Assembly (NCBI RefSeq): GCF_009914755.1
Contig: NC_060927.1
DNA length: 64,000 bases
Source of the DNA: the human T2T-CHM13v2.0 reference genome, Homo sapiens
Direction: 5' to 3' (one strand)
Both the position numbers and the translations under genes were made by a program. A model generated the notes under the pieces. It was given only the letters and a program-made list of their open reading frames with translations. It was not told the origin of the DNA and did no database searches. Of the stretch, positions 11,200-27,614 are shown one piece after another (positions within the stretch are counted from its first letter, which is position 1; every line of letters begins with the position of its first letter).

Positions 11200-11710
11200 C
11201 CACTTAAACTTTGTAAATCCGATCATGTTAGTTACAGAAGCTAATGATTTTCCCTATCTCTCAAATGGAAATTTAAAGTCATATCATGGCCTGCAAGGCC
11301 TGCTATGATTGGGCCCTGAGCCTCTGGTTTTAGCTCTTATCACTCAGCCTGGTTCATTCTATTTTGTTGGCTTTGAACATTCCAAGCAGTCTCCTGAATC
11401 AGGAACTTTGCACTTGCTATTTTCTATGCTGGAAATCCTTTCTTTCTAGATCTAAACATGGTTCTTGCCCTCATTTCATTCTGCTTCTGCCAGGATGCTG
11501 CCAAATAAGAGAGGCCTTCCTCGACTACCTTGTCTATGCCCTTCTTGCTTATTTGTCACCAGACTTACCACAGACTTGTTACTTTACTTATTGCCTCCTA
11601 TTCCTGACTAAAATACAAATATCTATGACTGTTTGGTTTATTCCTTATGAAGGATGACCATAGCAGTGCCTGGAAAAGAGAGGTGTAAATATTTGTAGAA
11701 TTCATGAATC
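11200..11710 (+). mobile_element. L2 LINE fragment
   Basis: L2 motifs ggcctgcaaggcctgctatgat and caggaactttgcacttgctattttctatgctggaa. Confidence 0.65.
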
Positions 11711-13296
11711 TGCCAACATTCTCTCCCCAGGATGAAATAGTAAAAGGGGTAATAAAAGATGACTCTTATAACCATTGAGTGTCCAGGCAGGCCTGTCACT
11801 CAGAATAAGAAAAAAATGGAGCAGGAGACTGAAAAAACAGTTGATTACATCTCAATCACAAGACGTTGAGGCTAGTGACTCAGGAACCTCAGTATGATTC
11901 TCTCCACCAATAGGTCTTGGGTATATTAATAATAAAGTCAAGAAAATGCATTTATCTTGACATCAACAGTAGCACTAGGTGGTTGTGAGCATAAGCAGTC
12001 CTGTGGCAGGAGATGCCAGTGAATCCCAGCTTCATCAGGAATGAAGACACTGAAATAGATTTGCGGGAACCTTGTAAACTCATGCAGTCCTCTGATTGAT
12101 TGCTTTTTGGTTGGTCTGTGTTTTCAATGCACTGTGCCTGGCAGATAGTAAATGCTCAATAGTGGCTGAATGAATAGGGCCTGGACTTTGGAGAACCTGA
12201 AACTGGATGGTTATTGTTCAGGCTGACGAATACTGAAATTCTCCCTGGATACTGTAGAATTGTTCAAAGAGCAAGGGCCTTGAAGAGAGGATTTGAATCC
12301 CACATACAGCATCAAATTACTTTGAGGTCAGTCTCAGAACTAGACAGAACTGGGTTGAAATCACAAATGTCAGCCTCCCCTAGCCTCTGTTACCTCATCT
12401 ATACAATGAGCTTGGTTGTGTCCACCACCTACCTGGTTCTTGGGCAGATTAAAGGGATTCATGCTGGGGTCAGGCTTTTGGAGCTATTTTCACAATAACA
12501 TTTGGGTTTGGATGACTGCATTTCAAAGGGTTTCAAGTTAGAATCTTGATTTCATACAGAGTAACAGAGAATAAAGAGTATGTAATGCTTATTTTTTGTA
12601 AAAAAAAAAAGAGAGAGAAGAAAAAGAAAAAGGCAAATATGGCCAAATGTTAACATCTGTTAAATCTGGATGGTGAGTACATAATGTATTTTTAAGAGAA
12701 TGTGTAAAATGTCAATAATCAAGTATTTAATACATGTGCTATTAATAATCTTAAGATTATTAACTCTGCTTTACTTCTGATCCCTGATCTCTAGTTTTCC
12801 CACCACCCTACTGTCATACAGAAGGGGTTTCCATGCCTTTGGGTGGCAGAGGTATTGGCTATTGGTTTTTTAAAATCCTGGAATGAACTTGGTTTTAAAC
12901 CTCAGTTGGACTGGTTTTCATGAGTGCAACTCTTAAAACTGTTACAACGTTCTAGTTAAAATTTCATGAAAGCAAGAGTCACAGTGTATTTCATTTATAG
13001 GTTTTATCTAATTAGAGAGACTTAATGAATATTAACTACCAAGAAATGTGTTAATAGTAATTAGGACAAGGCCAAGATAAGTGTACTTGCTAATCCCTAC
13101 GATTTATTTCTGTAAACTGCTCTACAATTTTATAGAGTGAAGTTAGCCTTGTTCCAAGTTGTAAACTAATAAAGTTTGCATTTGAGTTTTCATATGTTTC
13201 CAGCAAGACTCTATTAAACTTTCTAAAAACAAAAGCAAAAACAAAAAGAGAACCTCTCACTTTGAAGAATGACAAGAGATTGGAACCCATTTACTC

Positions 13297-13740
13297 ACAC
13301 AGCAAAGACATGGCATCAACCTAAATGCCCATCAATGATAGACTGGATCAAGAAAATGTGGTACATATACACCACGGAATACTATGCAGCCATAAAAAAG
13401 AATAAGATCATGTCCTTTGCAAGGACTGAATGGAGCCAGAGGACATCTTCCTTAGAAATTAACACAGGAACAGAAAACTAAACACTGCATGTTCTCACTT
13501 ATAAGTGGGAGCTAAACAATGAGAACACATGGCCACAGGGAGGGAAACAACACACACTGGGGCCTATTGGAGGGTGAAGGGTAGGAGGAGACAGAGGATC
13601 AGGGAAAATAACTAATGGGTACTAGTCTTAAAACCTGGGTCATGAAATAGTCTGTATAACAAACCCCCATGACACAAGTTTACCTATGTAACAAACCTGC
13701 ACATGTACCCCTGAACTGAAAATAAAAGTTAAACAAAAAA
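13297..13740 (+). mobile_element. 5'-truncated older primate L1 (L1PA) 3' end
   Basis: Encodes an ORF2 C-terminal remnant ([33 protein letters not shown]) followed by L1 3'UTR and A-tail. Confidence 0.9.
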
Positions 13741-14021
13741 GAGTAAATGGCATTGGTGTAACTGATTCATGTGCTTTTGAAGTTTCATTAACAATGTTAC
13801 ATGGGTTAAACTTAAATCACTGCAGTTCCAAATTACCTATTTTTTTATTTTTTATTTTTTACTTATTTTTTTTTAACTTTTTTTTTCTTTTATTATTATA
13901 CTTTAAGTTTTAGGGTACATGTGCACATTGTGCAGGTTAGTTACATATGTATACATGTGCCATGCTGGTGCACTGCACCCACTAACTTGTCATCTAGCAT
14001 TAGGTATACCTCCCAATGCTA

Positions 14022-14045
14022 TCCCTCCCCCCTCCCCCCACCCCA
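14022..14045 (-). other. G-rich tract of the L1 3'UTR (G-quadruplex-capable)
   Basis: Plus strand ccctcccccctccccccacccc gives four G-runs on the minus strand. Confidence 0.75.
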
Positions 14046-14099
14046 CAACAGTCCCCAGAGTGTGATGTTCCCCTTCCTGTGTCCATGTGTTCTCATTGT

Positions 14100-17925
<3,826 letters not shown>

Positions 17926-17988
17926 TTTGATGTTAGCTGGTGATTTTGCTCGTTAGTTGATGCAGTTTCTTCCTAGTCTCGATGGTCT

Positions 17989-19005
17989 TTACATTTTGGC
18001 ATGATTTTGCAGCGGCTGGTACCGGTTGTTCCTTTCCATGTTTAGCGCTTCCTTCAGGAGCTCTTTTAGGGCAGGCCTGGTGGTGACAAAATCTCTCAGC
18101 ATTTGCTTGTCTGTAAAGTATTTTATTTCTCCTTTGCTTATGAAGCTTAGTTTGGCTGGATATGAAATTCTGGGTTGAAAATTCTTTTCTTTAAGAATGT
18201 TGAATATTGGCCCCCACTCTCTTCTGGCTTGTAGGGTTTCTGCCGAGAGATCCGCTGTTAGTCTGATGGGCTTCCCTTTGAGGGTAACCCAACCTTTCTC
18301 TCTGGCTGCCCTTAACATTTTTTCCTTCATTTCAACTTTGGTGAATCTGACAATTATGTGTCTTGGAGTTGCTCTTCTCGAGGAGTATCTTTGTGGCGTT
18401 CTCTGTATTTCCTGAATCTGAACGTTGGCCTGCCTTGCTAGATTGGGGAAATTCTCCTGGATAATATCCTGCAGAGTGTTTTCCAACTTGGTTCCATTCT
18501 CCCCATCACTTTCAGGTACACCAATCAGACCTAGATTTGGTCTTTTCACATAGTCCCATATTTCTTGGAGGGTTTGCTCGTTTCTTTTTATTCTTTTTTC
18601 TCTAAACTTTCCTTCTCGCTTCATTTCATTCATTTCATCTTCCATTGCTGATACCCTTTCTTCCAGTTGATTGCATCGGCTCCTGAGGCTTCTGCATTCT
18701 TCACGTAGTTCTCGAGCCTTGGTTTTCAGCTCCATCAGCTCCTTTAAGCACTTCTCTCTATTGGTTATTCTAGTTATACATTCTTCTAAATTCTTTTCAA
18801 AGTTTTCAACTTCTTTGCCTTTGGTTTGAATGTCCTCCCGTAGCTCAGAGTAATTTGATCGTCTGAAGCCTTCTTCTCTCAGCTCGTCAAAGTCATTCTC
18901 CATCCAGCTTTGTTCCGTTGCTGGTGAGGAGCTGCGTTCCTTTGTAGGAGGAGAGGCGCTCTGCTTTTTAGAGTTTCCAGTTTTTCTGTTCTGTTTTTTC
19001 CCCAT
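17989..19005 (-). CDS. L1 ORF1p RNA-binding protein, open 338-aa frame, carrying R159G
   Basis: MGKKQNRKTGNSK...ARREWG...YPAKLSF...NHAKM; residues 155-160 read RPNLGL instead of RPNLRL. Confidence 0.93.
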   Translation of the reverse strand: MGKKQNRKTGNSKKQSASPPTKERSSSPATEQSWMENDFDELREEGFRRSNYSELREDIQTKGKEVENFEKNLEECITRITNREKCLKELMELKTKARELREECRSLRSRCNQLEERVSAMEDEMNEMKREGKFREKRIKRNEQTLQEIWDYVKRPNLGLIGVPESDGENGTKLENTLQDIIQENFPNLARQANVQIQEIQRTPQRYSSRRATPRHIIVRFTKVEMKEKMLRAAREKGWVTLKGKPIRLTADLSAETLQARREWGPIFNILKEKNFQPRISYPAKLSFISKGEIKYFTDKQMLRDFVTTRPALKELLKEALNMERNNRYQPLQNHAKM

Positions 19006-19908
19006 CTTTGTGGTTTTATCTACTTTTGGTCTTTGATGATGGTGATGTACAGATGGGTTTTTGGTGTGGATGTCCTTTCTGTTTGTTAGTTTTCCTTCTA
19101 ACAGACGGGACTCTGAGCTGCAGGTCTGTTGGAGTACCCTGCAGTGTAAGGTGTCAGTGTGCCCCTGTTGGGGGGTGCCTCCCAGTTAGGCTGCTCGGGG
19201 GCCAGGGGTCAGGGACCCACTTGAGGAGGCAGTCTGCCCCTTCTCAGATCTCCAGCTGCGTACTGGGAGAACCACTGCTCTCTTCAAAGCTGTCAGACAG
19301 GGACATTTAAGTCTGCAGAGGTTATGGCTGTCTTTTTGTTTGTCTGTGCCCTGCCCCCAGAGGTGGAGCCTACAGAGGCAGGCAGGCCTCCTTGAGCTGT
19401 GGTGGGCTCCACCCAGTTCGAGTTTCCGGGCTGTTTTGATTACCTCAGCAAGCCTGGGCAATGGCGGGCGCCCCTCCCCTAGCCTCGCTGCCGCCTTGCA
19501 GTTTGATCTCAGACTGCTGTGCTAGCAATCAGTGAGACTCCGTGGGCGTAGGACCCTCCGAGCCAGGTGCAGGTTATAATCTCGTGGTGCGCCGTTTTTT
19601 AAGCTTGTCGGAAAAGCGCAGTATTCGGGTGGGAGTGACCCGATTTTCCAGGTGCGGTCCTCACCCCTTTCTTTGACTAGGAAAGGGAACTCGCTGACCC
19701 CTTGCGCTTCCCGAGTGAGGCAATGCCTCGCCCTGCTTCGGATGGCGCACGGTGCGCGCACCCACTGACCTGAGCCCACTGTCTGGCACTCCCTAGTGAG
19801 ATGAACCCGGTACCTCAGATGGAAATGCAGAAATCACCGGTCTTCTGCTTCGCTCACGCTGGGAGCAGTAGACCAGAGATGTTCCTATTCGGCCATCTTG
19901 GCTCCTCC
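19006..19908 (-). promoter_or_regulatory. L1 5'UTR: CpG-rich sense and antisense promoter
   Basis: YY1 site caagatggcc (19891-19900) intact; many CpGs; antisense splice donors at 19567 and 19652. Confidence 0.85.
19461..19535 (+). pseudogene. L1 ORF0, truncated at codon 25
   Basis: ATG GCG GGC GCC CCT... = MAGAPPLASLPPCSLISDCCASNQ followed by TGA at 19533-35 (CGA>TGA). Confidence 0.85.
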
Positions 19909-19994
19909 AGAGCTACTTATTTTTTTATGAAGGAAAAGAATATCATTGAAAGCAGTTTTACCATAAAAAGTATTTTTCACATATTTGCATGTTT

Positions 19995-20200
19995 AACATC
20001 CAGGGCCCTGGAGCCAGACTGTCTGGGGTTTGAAATCAGCTCCTCCACCTACCAGCTATTGACCTCAGGTAAGTTACATTATCTAGGACTCTATTTTCTC
20101 ATCTGTGAAATGGGAATAATAATAGCAGCCAACTCATTTTTTTTTAGACAATTCAGTGAATTCATACACATAACTCTTTAGAACAGTGTTATATGAATAC
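19995..20200 (+). mobile_element. MIR SINE
   Basis: ggccctggagccagactgtctggggtttgaaatc...ttttctcatctgtgaaatgggaataat. Confidence 0.75.
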
Positions 20201-21870
20201 TGTTATCATTACGATATAACAAATATATCGTATTACTAATTTATCAAAGTAGAGCTATTAGCTACCTTCTCCAGATGGACCTAGAATCTTGTCTATAGCT
20301 CTGTTCTTCTACTTCTCACATTGTATTGTACTGTACTTTTTCTGTTTATTTGGTCTTATCTCTCATCACATTCTGAGATTCTCAGAAGGGACAATATGTT
20401 AATACTTAGCACAGTGCTGGGAACATCGGATCCACAAATGACAAACCCCTGGCTGTCACTTTCCCCTGTGGCTTCACTCATAACAGATTTGCTAGCTTTT
20501 TCCCACTCAGAATCCTCTTCAACACAAAACTCCTGTGAGTCACTGACAACAGATTAGAAAATGACAGTTCAAGATGATATGTCTTTTCCCCTCATGTAAT
20601 AGATGCTCACTAAATTTTGAATAATACATTGTCTTTTTAATGCTCTTCTTTCAAGATGTGCTGTCTGGTGATCTTATCTTCGGCTTCCTGGAAGAATGTA
20701 GGAGTCTAATATTTTCTGCTCTCTTATCTTTCGCCTCTTACTTAAATTGTAACCAACGTTTTGCAGTGGTCCTGCTTTATTTCTCAGATTCATCCATTCA
20801 TTAAGCATTTCTATCATATACAAGACACGATGGTTTCAAAGCTGAATAAATAGTCTCTTCCTTCAAGAAGGTAAACATGATTATTGTATAAAACTATTCC
20901 TTTATGAATACTTTATGTATTTCAGTCTCTCCTGTTGTACTGGTAGCTCTGCATCTCCCTTATGGTAGTGTGGCACTGGACAAACTACTCCATGTCTCTG
21001 AATTCAAGCTTCCCTTTATGAATTGGAGATAATAATACCACATAGAGTTGTTGTACAGATTGAGTGGTACATCTTGTGATTTTTACTCATTGATAACAAT
21101 TATATTTATTTGATTGTTTATAATATATAGTATCTATCTATTAGAATGGAGTCTCTGAGAGCCATTACTATACATATCTTGTTGGCCTTGATATCTTCAG
21201 CTAAATCCACTATGCCTGACACATAGTAAACTCAATTATTGTCACTTACTATTGTTAAGCATGATATCACTAGTAATACTAGCAAAGGTAAATCAGGAAA
21301 CAATCGTAAAGATGAAGCTTGAATTCAAGCCATGTGGATCTGACTCCTTTGGTTTGAGAGGCATTAAAAAAGGATAGTTTATAAACTTGTAAGTATTTTT
21401 TATGCCAAACTATTTTTTATCTATCTTGCTTTTGGATGAGTTTTTCTCTATGAAAAATAACTATTTAAACTCCCTAATGATTGATGAAAACAATTCATTT
21501 CCAAATGTTTTCTCTTTTTTGATGTACACATACTTAAAACTAGATCTTTGATCACACACACACACATGCACACACACTGTTTGCAGATAAAGAAAAGAAT
21601 TATTTTCTTTTCGTGGTTACACAATGAAATTGCAATAAAAATTGCAGTTTTGTTCAAAAATTTTTCTTTGAAGGTAGAATTACCTTGATAGAAATACTAT
21701 ATAATGAACTTTCAATAATAGCTTTAGAATATTTATGATTTGAAATTATCTAACAAGAAAAACATACATACAATTAATTACTAACAATTTAAATGTTTCA
21801 TCTTTTCCAAAGAAATAAAGGCTATTTGCAGGTAGTACAGTGCAGAACTTTGATTTCTGTGGTTTGAAGC

Positions 21871-21896
21871 AAAAAAAAAAAAAAAAAAAAAAAAAA
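21871..21896. repeat. A26 homopolymer
   Basis: Seen directly. Confidence 0.9.
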
Positions 21897-22019
21897 GTAG
21901 CATATTACATGACGAGAAGAAAGAAAATTCAGTATTCACCAACTGCTGCTCTCCCTCCAGCTTTTTACATTTCTGGAAGTATTCAGCTCCCATCAGTCCA
22001 ATTCCTTAATACTTTCTGT

Positions 22020-22400
22020 CATGTAAGTCTGGTGAAGCCTACAGACTCCTTTCAGAATAATGTTCTTAAATGCATAAAATAAAGTACATAGTATTACAAA
22101 GAAAAACAATTACATACAATTATCAAAATATGTAAAAAACTGTGATATAGTTGTATATGTGTGTCCTTATTAATACATTAAATAAGACTTAGAAGTGGAA
22201 TAACTAATTTGGGGATGAGAGCCAAGGATACTTTGTAATATCAGCAACAACAGAAATTAAATAGATATGAAAATATCTTTGATTTCTATTAGTGACAAAA
22301 TCACAGGCGATGCTGATCCTACTATTGTGATGTTGCCTATATTTCTGATTGAAGGAAATCTTAAGTTTTAGTTAGAGGTTGTGAAAATAAAACATCTGTG
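22020..22400 (+). mobile_element. Charlie4/MER119-like hAT DNA transposon
   Basis: agtctggtgaagcctacagactcctttcagaataatgttcttaaatgcataaaataaa. Confidence 0.6.
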
Positions 22401-23419
22401 CCTTACTTGGGTGCCACAGTGATATAAGATGGTGTTAGCTTGGTTTTTGCCACCAAATAAGACATTTTTTTGTAGGCCTGTTCCTTTCCTTCCATTTTCT
22501 CTTTCCAGAAAAACATTCTATTTCACTAGAAGTAACAGGATTTTTTTAAATTACATTAATATTCCTCTGGATAGTCTTAGGAAAAATATAACAATGAGTA
22601 TCTGAACCTTACTGAAAGGAAAGAAAAAAGACCTTAGGAACCTGGTTATATTTATTAATTGGTAGAATCAACTTACCACTTTCAGTTTCATCACCTTGTT
22701 TATTTTTGTGTTACATGTTGAAGCCTAAAGAGACCCTTGGAGCCAGAAAAAAAGAGCAAAGTTATCTGATGACAGAGGGAGCATACAAGCAGAAGCTCAA
22801 GCTATCACTCAAGAGTTTGAGTGTACTTTGGGCAACAGCTGGGTGTATTTTAATATTTATCAATTTTTATTAAGGATACAGCTTGGCTTTATAAAGACAT
22901 GGCCATGTTTTAAGTTGACTCATCTAAGTTTCCTATTCTCAGTGTTTTAGAAATGTCAGTTGTTCAAAATAATACTACCCTAGCATTTAAAAACTAGTGT
23001 ATAGAAATTTACAGTTTTCTGTAGAATGAAAAACTTATTCTTTAGAATAAAAATTACATTAAATTGATTTTTTGAATAGTGTTCTTTATAAAACATTTTC
23101 TTTTTTGCTAATGAAACCTGTTCACCCTAGGTCATGAATAGACCTTGTAGTACAAGAAGTAATGATACTTAGATTCAATTCTATTTCAATTTAACACATA
23201 TTTATAAGCATTCACTGCTGACAGACACTACTGTAGGTACGTAGGAGAATATAGAAAGGAATAAGAAACCATATATTCCCTGACAGTTTCAAAAAAGTCA
23301 GAAAAAAGGAGAAAGAGATCCCAAAAATGACTATGAGGAAAAAAGTAAAATAATAATAGTAGTCATTATTGGGTGTGAAGTGCTCTTCATTCATTATTGC
23401 TCATTCTGCAAGGTAGCCG

Positions 23420-24080
23420 GGTCACTTAGCATGCTTTCAGCTGCAAATAACAGAAAACGTCAACTCAAACAGGCTCAAAAAATAAAGTAATTTATGACTC
23501 ATATATCCATTTTAAAGGTAGAATGGCTCGAGGATTGATTAAATCAATGGCACAACACCACTTTTAAGAATCCAGATTTTTTTCCATGTCATTTTAGGTT
23601 AGATGTGTGGCTTTTTGCTCAGTCTGGCTTCTCTTATAAGATGGTTTCCCAAGTTTCAAGCATCACGTAGCAATTTGATGGTATCCAAAATAGGAGACTA
23701 TCTTTTTTTGTGAACCATCTTAAAGGAGCCAATGATCCAAAAACAAAGCAAAGTAAAACAACCAACTCACCTCTCCTGAAGCAAACAAAAACCCCAAAAA
23801 CCTTTACTAGAAGCCCCTAGCAGATGGGTTCTCATGTCTCATTGTCCAAAATTATTTGTTGCCTAAAATAATCAATGATCTGTTGCCTAAAATTATCATT
23901 GGCAAGGGCAGTGGGACCATTATTGGGTTAAACCAGTCAGAATTCTTCCAACTTCTGAGATGGGTGATGGAGTCACCCTGGAAATGCATGACTGCCCTGA
24001 GATGTGTGGATTCCTGAACAAAATTGAGATTGCTTAAGAAGAATGGAAGAATGGAGGATGGGGAAGCAACCAAAGTAGCC
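23420..24080 (-). mobile_element. Old MLT1 (J/K-type) MaLR LTR
   Basis: ttcagctgcaaataacagaaaac...caactcaaacaggct and ggaatggaggatggggaagcaacc. Confidence 0.6.
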
Positions 24081-24246
24081 ATTATGATTTTTTATTTATA
24101 GCTTTGGAAACTGAGTTTCAGTAATGTTAAGCAATTGACCAAGATTAACATCTAGTGAGTCCAGATTTCAAATATAGGTATGTGTGATTCCAAAAACTCA
24201 ACCCTTTGACTGAATTATTCCCAAAGGCTTACATACCATAATGAAA

Positions 24247-24540
24247 GCCCAGACATGGTGGCTTATTACTGTAATCCTAGCACTTTGGGAGGCCGAGTGA
24301 GATAATCACTTGAGGCCAGGAGTTCGAGACTGGCCTGGGAAACATAGTGAGATCCCGTCTCTACAAAAAAGTTAAAAATGAGCCAGGCTTGGTGGTGCGC
24401 ACCTGTAGTCCTATTCCTAAGTACTTGGGAGACTTGAGCCCAAGAGGTTGAGCCTGCAGTGAGCTGTGATTGTGTCATTGCCCTCCAGCTTGAGTGACAG
24501 TGTGAGACCCTATCTCAAAAATAAATAAACAAATAAATAT
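24247..24540 (+). mobile_element. AluJ SINE
   Basis: Diverged Alu dimer with A-rich tail. Confidence 0.9.
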
Positions 24541-25379
24541 ACAAATACTACAATGCAAATATTTTAAAGTGCTGTATCTTTTGATCTGTGATATCTTTTG
24601 ATTCATGTTGAATGTGTTAGGCAAAGATGTTGCATTTTGGTGTAATTATAATACCTTATTTTTTATGAAGCTGAATGTGGTTTAATAGAAATGTGCCTCC
24701 CACTTGATCTTTGCCTTGTTTCCCATACTTGCTCATTATATTCCTTCATGAAAACAATAAAGCTAAATTATGTGTAGAAATAGAACCAATCCTGACTTGC
24801 AAACCTTACTGCTTTTTGTACATGTATTTAAAACTGTGGCTAACATGCATTAACTTGTGAAAGACATCACCAGGATTCTGAATCTGTTTTATGTCTTAGA
24901 ATTCATTCAATGCAGCAGCAGTTTTAGTGGTAGGGAAAGGGTGAAAGCCTTTTTTATCAGTACATTTTCTTTACTTTGTAATAAGACAAACATAAAACGA
25001 ATGAGTCTTTTACCCATATCACTAACCATAGACATCCTTTTTCCATGAGCCCCCAAATAAGTTGTAGTTTGAAACATGAGATGCAGTGACATTTAATTTA
25101 AATCCTATGTTTTGTTTCCCTTTCCAAATCAGTTTATTGTCTTACTAAGTAAGAGACTGAAACAGACTCTTAACATGATACTTTCTTACTGTTAACTATG
25201 GGTTCCAGAGCCTACCAGAAAATGGACCTAATTTTAGATAACCAAAATTCAAGAAACACTGAGCCCCAGTTTATAGAACCCATCACCTCTCACACCGTGA
25301 CATTGGTTAACATAATTTTCCAAATAAGATAATTTAAAAAAAATCATTTGGTTACTTAATTCACATCAGTTGGAATCTA

Positions 25380-25800
25380 CCCTACATTTCTCTCTGTGTT
25401 TCCAGTGGAATAAAAGGCATGATCATTTACCCAGTTGCTTGGACCTTGTCCTTGATGTTTTCTTTTCTTCCATTCCCACAGCCAATTACCAGCAAGTCTT
25501 GACAATTCTAACTTTCAACAAGTTCTTAAAACTTCTTTTCTTCATTCACAGTGTCATTCCTTTAACTCCTGCTTGGGCTACTATAAGCCCGACTATCAGC
25601 TTTCTTCCAATCTGCTTTTTCTACTCTTCAGCCCACACTGTAGCTGGAGTGGTTTTTTTAAAAGGCATATGTAATAATGGCCTCTCTGTGCTTAGTGCCA
25701 TTTAATGTTTCCCATTGCCCTTAGAGTAAACTTTCATATGGCTAATAAATCCAGTGTGATCTGCCTCTCTGGTCTAGTTTATTGTCAATATCTGATCTAA
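25380..25800 (+). mobile_element. L2 LINE fragment
   Basis: ccagttgcttggacc, ctgtagctggagtggtttttttaaaaggcatat, cccattgcccttagagtaaa. Confidence 0.55.
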
Positions 25801-27614
25801 TATCCCCATGCTCCCCAACCGCCTCCCCCACCACACATACGCACATACTATGGCTTAACCAAGGTGTGCTGATTGATGAATTAAGGAATATATTATTCCT
25901 TATCAAAATGTTCTTTTGAAATGATAGACACCTATTTCTCTCTGAACCTTGCTTACTTAAAAAAATATTTTTATGCACAGTACACTGCTTGTCAAATTTA
26001 CTATTGGATGATTTAAATAAGTGTATGAATTATTTTGCCTAGCTCTTGGTAATTAGTTATTGTAAAATGAGTCCTTACAAAAATAAAGCAAAAGAATCAA
26101 AGAGCCTATCTGTTTACTTAAATAAGCTGGGGAAAGTTCAGATAGATAGAGATTGTGAGATGCTTGCTCTAGACCACAAAAAGAACTGGATATCTTGGTG
26201 GAGATTAAGAGTTTAGATATTTGAGCCACTCAAAGGTTGTAATTAGACTATACTTCTGCTTAACCCTCACGTTGTTTATTTAGTTTCTCTGGTTACTAAT
26301 GACAAATTTATATAATCTCTGTAGTTTCAATTGGTTAGACAGAAATATGAAGGCTTATTATTGCATATGTCTGGGTACCCTGTGGAGCAATATGTATATT
26401 TGTGTTATCGGAATTCTTTGAAATGAAATGCATTAAATTCTTCCTTCAAGGATGGAAAAATATTTGACTTAGTTTCCTCCCTTATGTAAAACGAGGAGTT
26501 AAAATATTTTCTTCCTTAAGCATTTGTTTATTATTATTTTTTTCCTTTTGTGGGGTATGTGTTAAGAAGTCAGGTAATTTGTAAAGTGTCATTTGATTAC
26601 CTAAAGAAAAAGCTTAAACTAAAAAGTGTTATTATCATAAACTCACAGGCTTCTGACCACAGAAGTACAATTGAATTTAATTCATGATTGAAAAGTACAG
26701 TTGATGCATAATGGCTATCTGAAAAATGTTATGTTTGTTTATGGTTTAAAGCTTTTAGAGAGTGGTCTCTTACTCTTTGCTAATTCCTGCTACTTAAATA
26801 ATCAGGGGAGAAATTTTTAAAAATTCTAAATATAACAAGGAAAATCAGGGTCACATCTAAGATTGACAATCGGGTGCTATTTGCTGAATATGAAAAAACA
26901 GGGCTGTGTATAATATAATTTTATTGTTGGAGAGATGGTTTGACCAGATAAGGATATTTGAAAATTAAAGTTAGATTTGGCATCTAAATATCCTTAGGTT
27001 TGCAGGTTTTTGATCTGTTTATTAGCCATGCAAAAATATATTGCTGTTTCTTAATCTGATCATAGTTGATTCTGCCACTGGAGTTATTTTTTCCCCACAC
27101 TTTGATGTGATATGTTTTATTTTCAAGTGCTTGTTTCACAAAGATAAGCAAACAAAATAAGATTTCCACTTCTCTCCTCCACCAGCCATGTTTTTGTTTA
27201 GTTAGCCAACATCAACGGGAAGATATTAAAATGATTAATCCTTATAATTTGTTTGTGTCTTAAATTACTGGATATTATGGGAGCTGAACTCCAACTTTTA
27301 TCTCATAAATATGAATGAAGCAATATTACTAAGTTGTAATTCATTTTGAACTATTTAATCACTGTGATCTACAGATAAGTTGGCTTCTGAATCTTCATCT
27401 AATTTCATAACTAAGTCCTCTTTCTCGTTAAAATCACCATGACTGTGCTGAAGCTCGTGTTTAGGGAATCCAACTGAATGAGTAATAGGTTTAAAAATAC
27501 CCCAGCTATATTGACTTGCCCAAACTTTTCCAGTCTTCTTTAATTTTATTTGTTGTAATGAGTGCAGATGAGGGGCTCTTGGTTAGCCATCTTCAAGTAG
27601 ATTTCAAAGCAGAG

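Noticed and set aside
10730-11203. 157-aa and 104-aa opposite-strand ORFs with similar peptides (TPGV...KPI...AR.EGFF)
   Set aside because: The similarity is a by-product of the inverted LTR arms, not a gene pair
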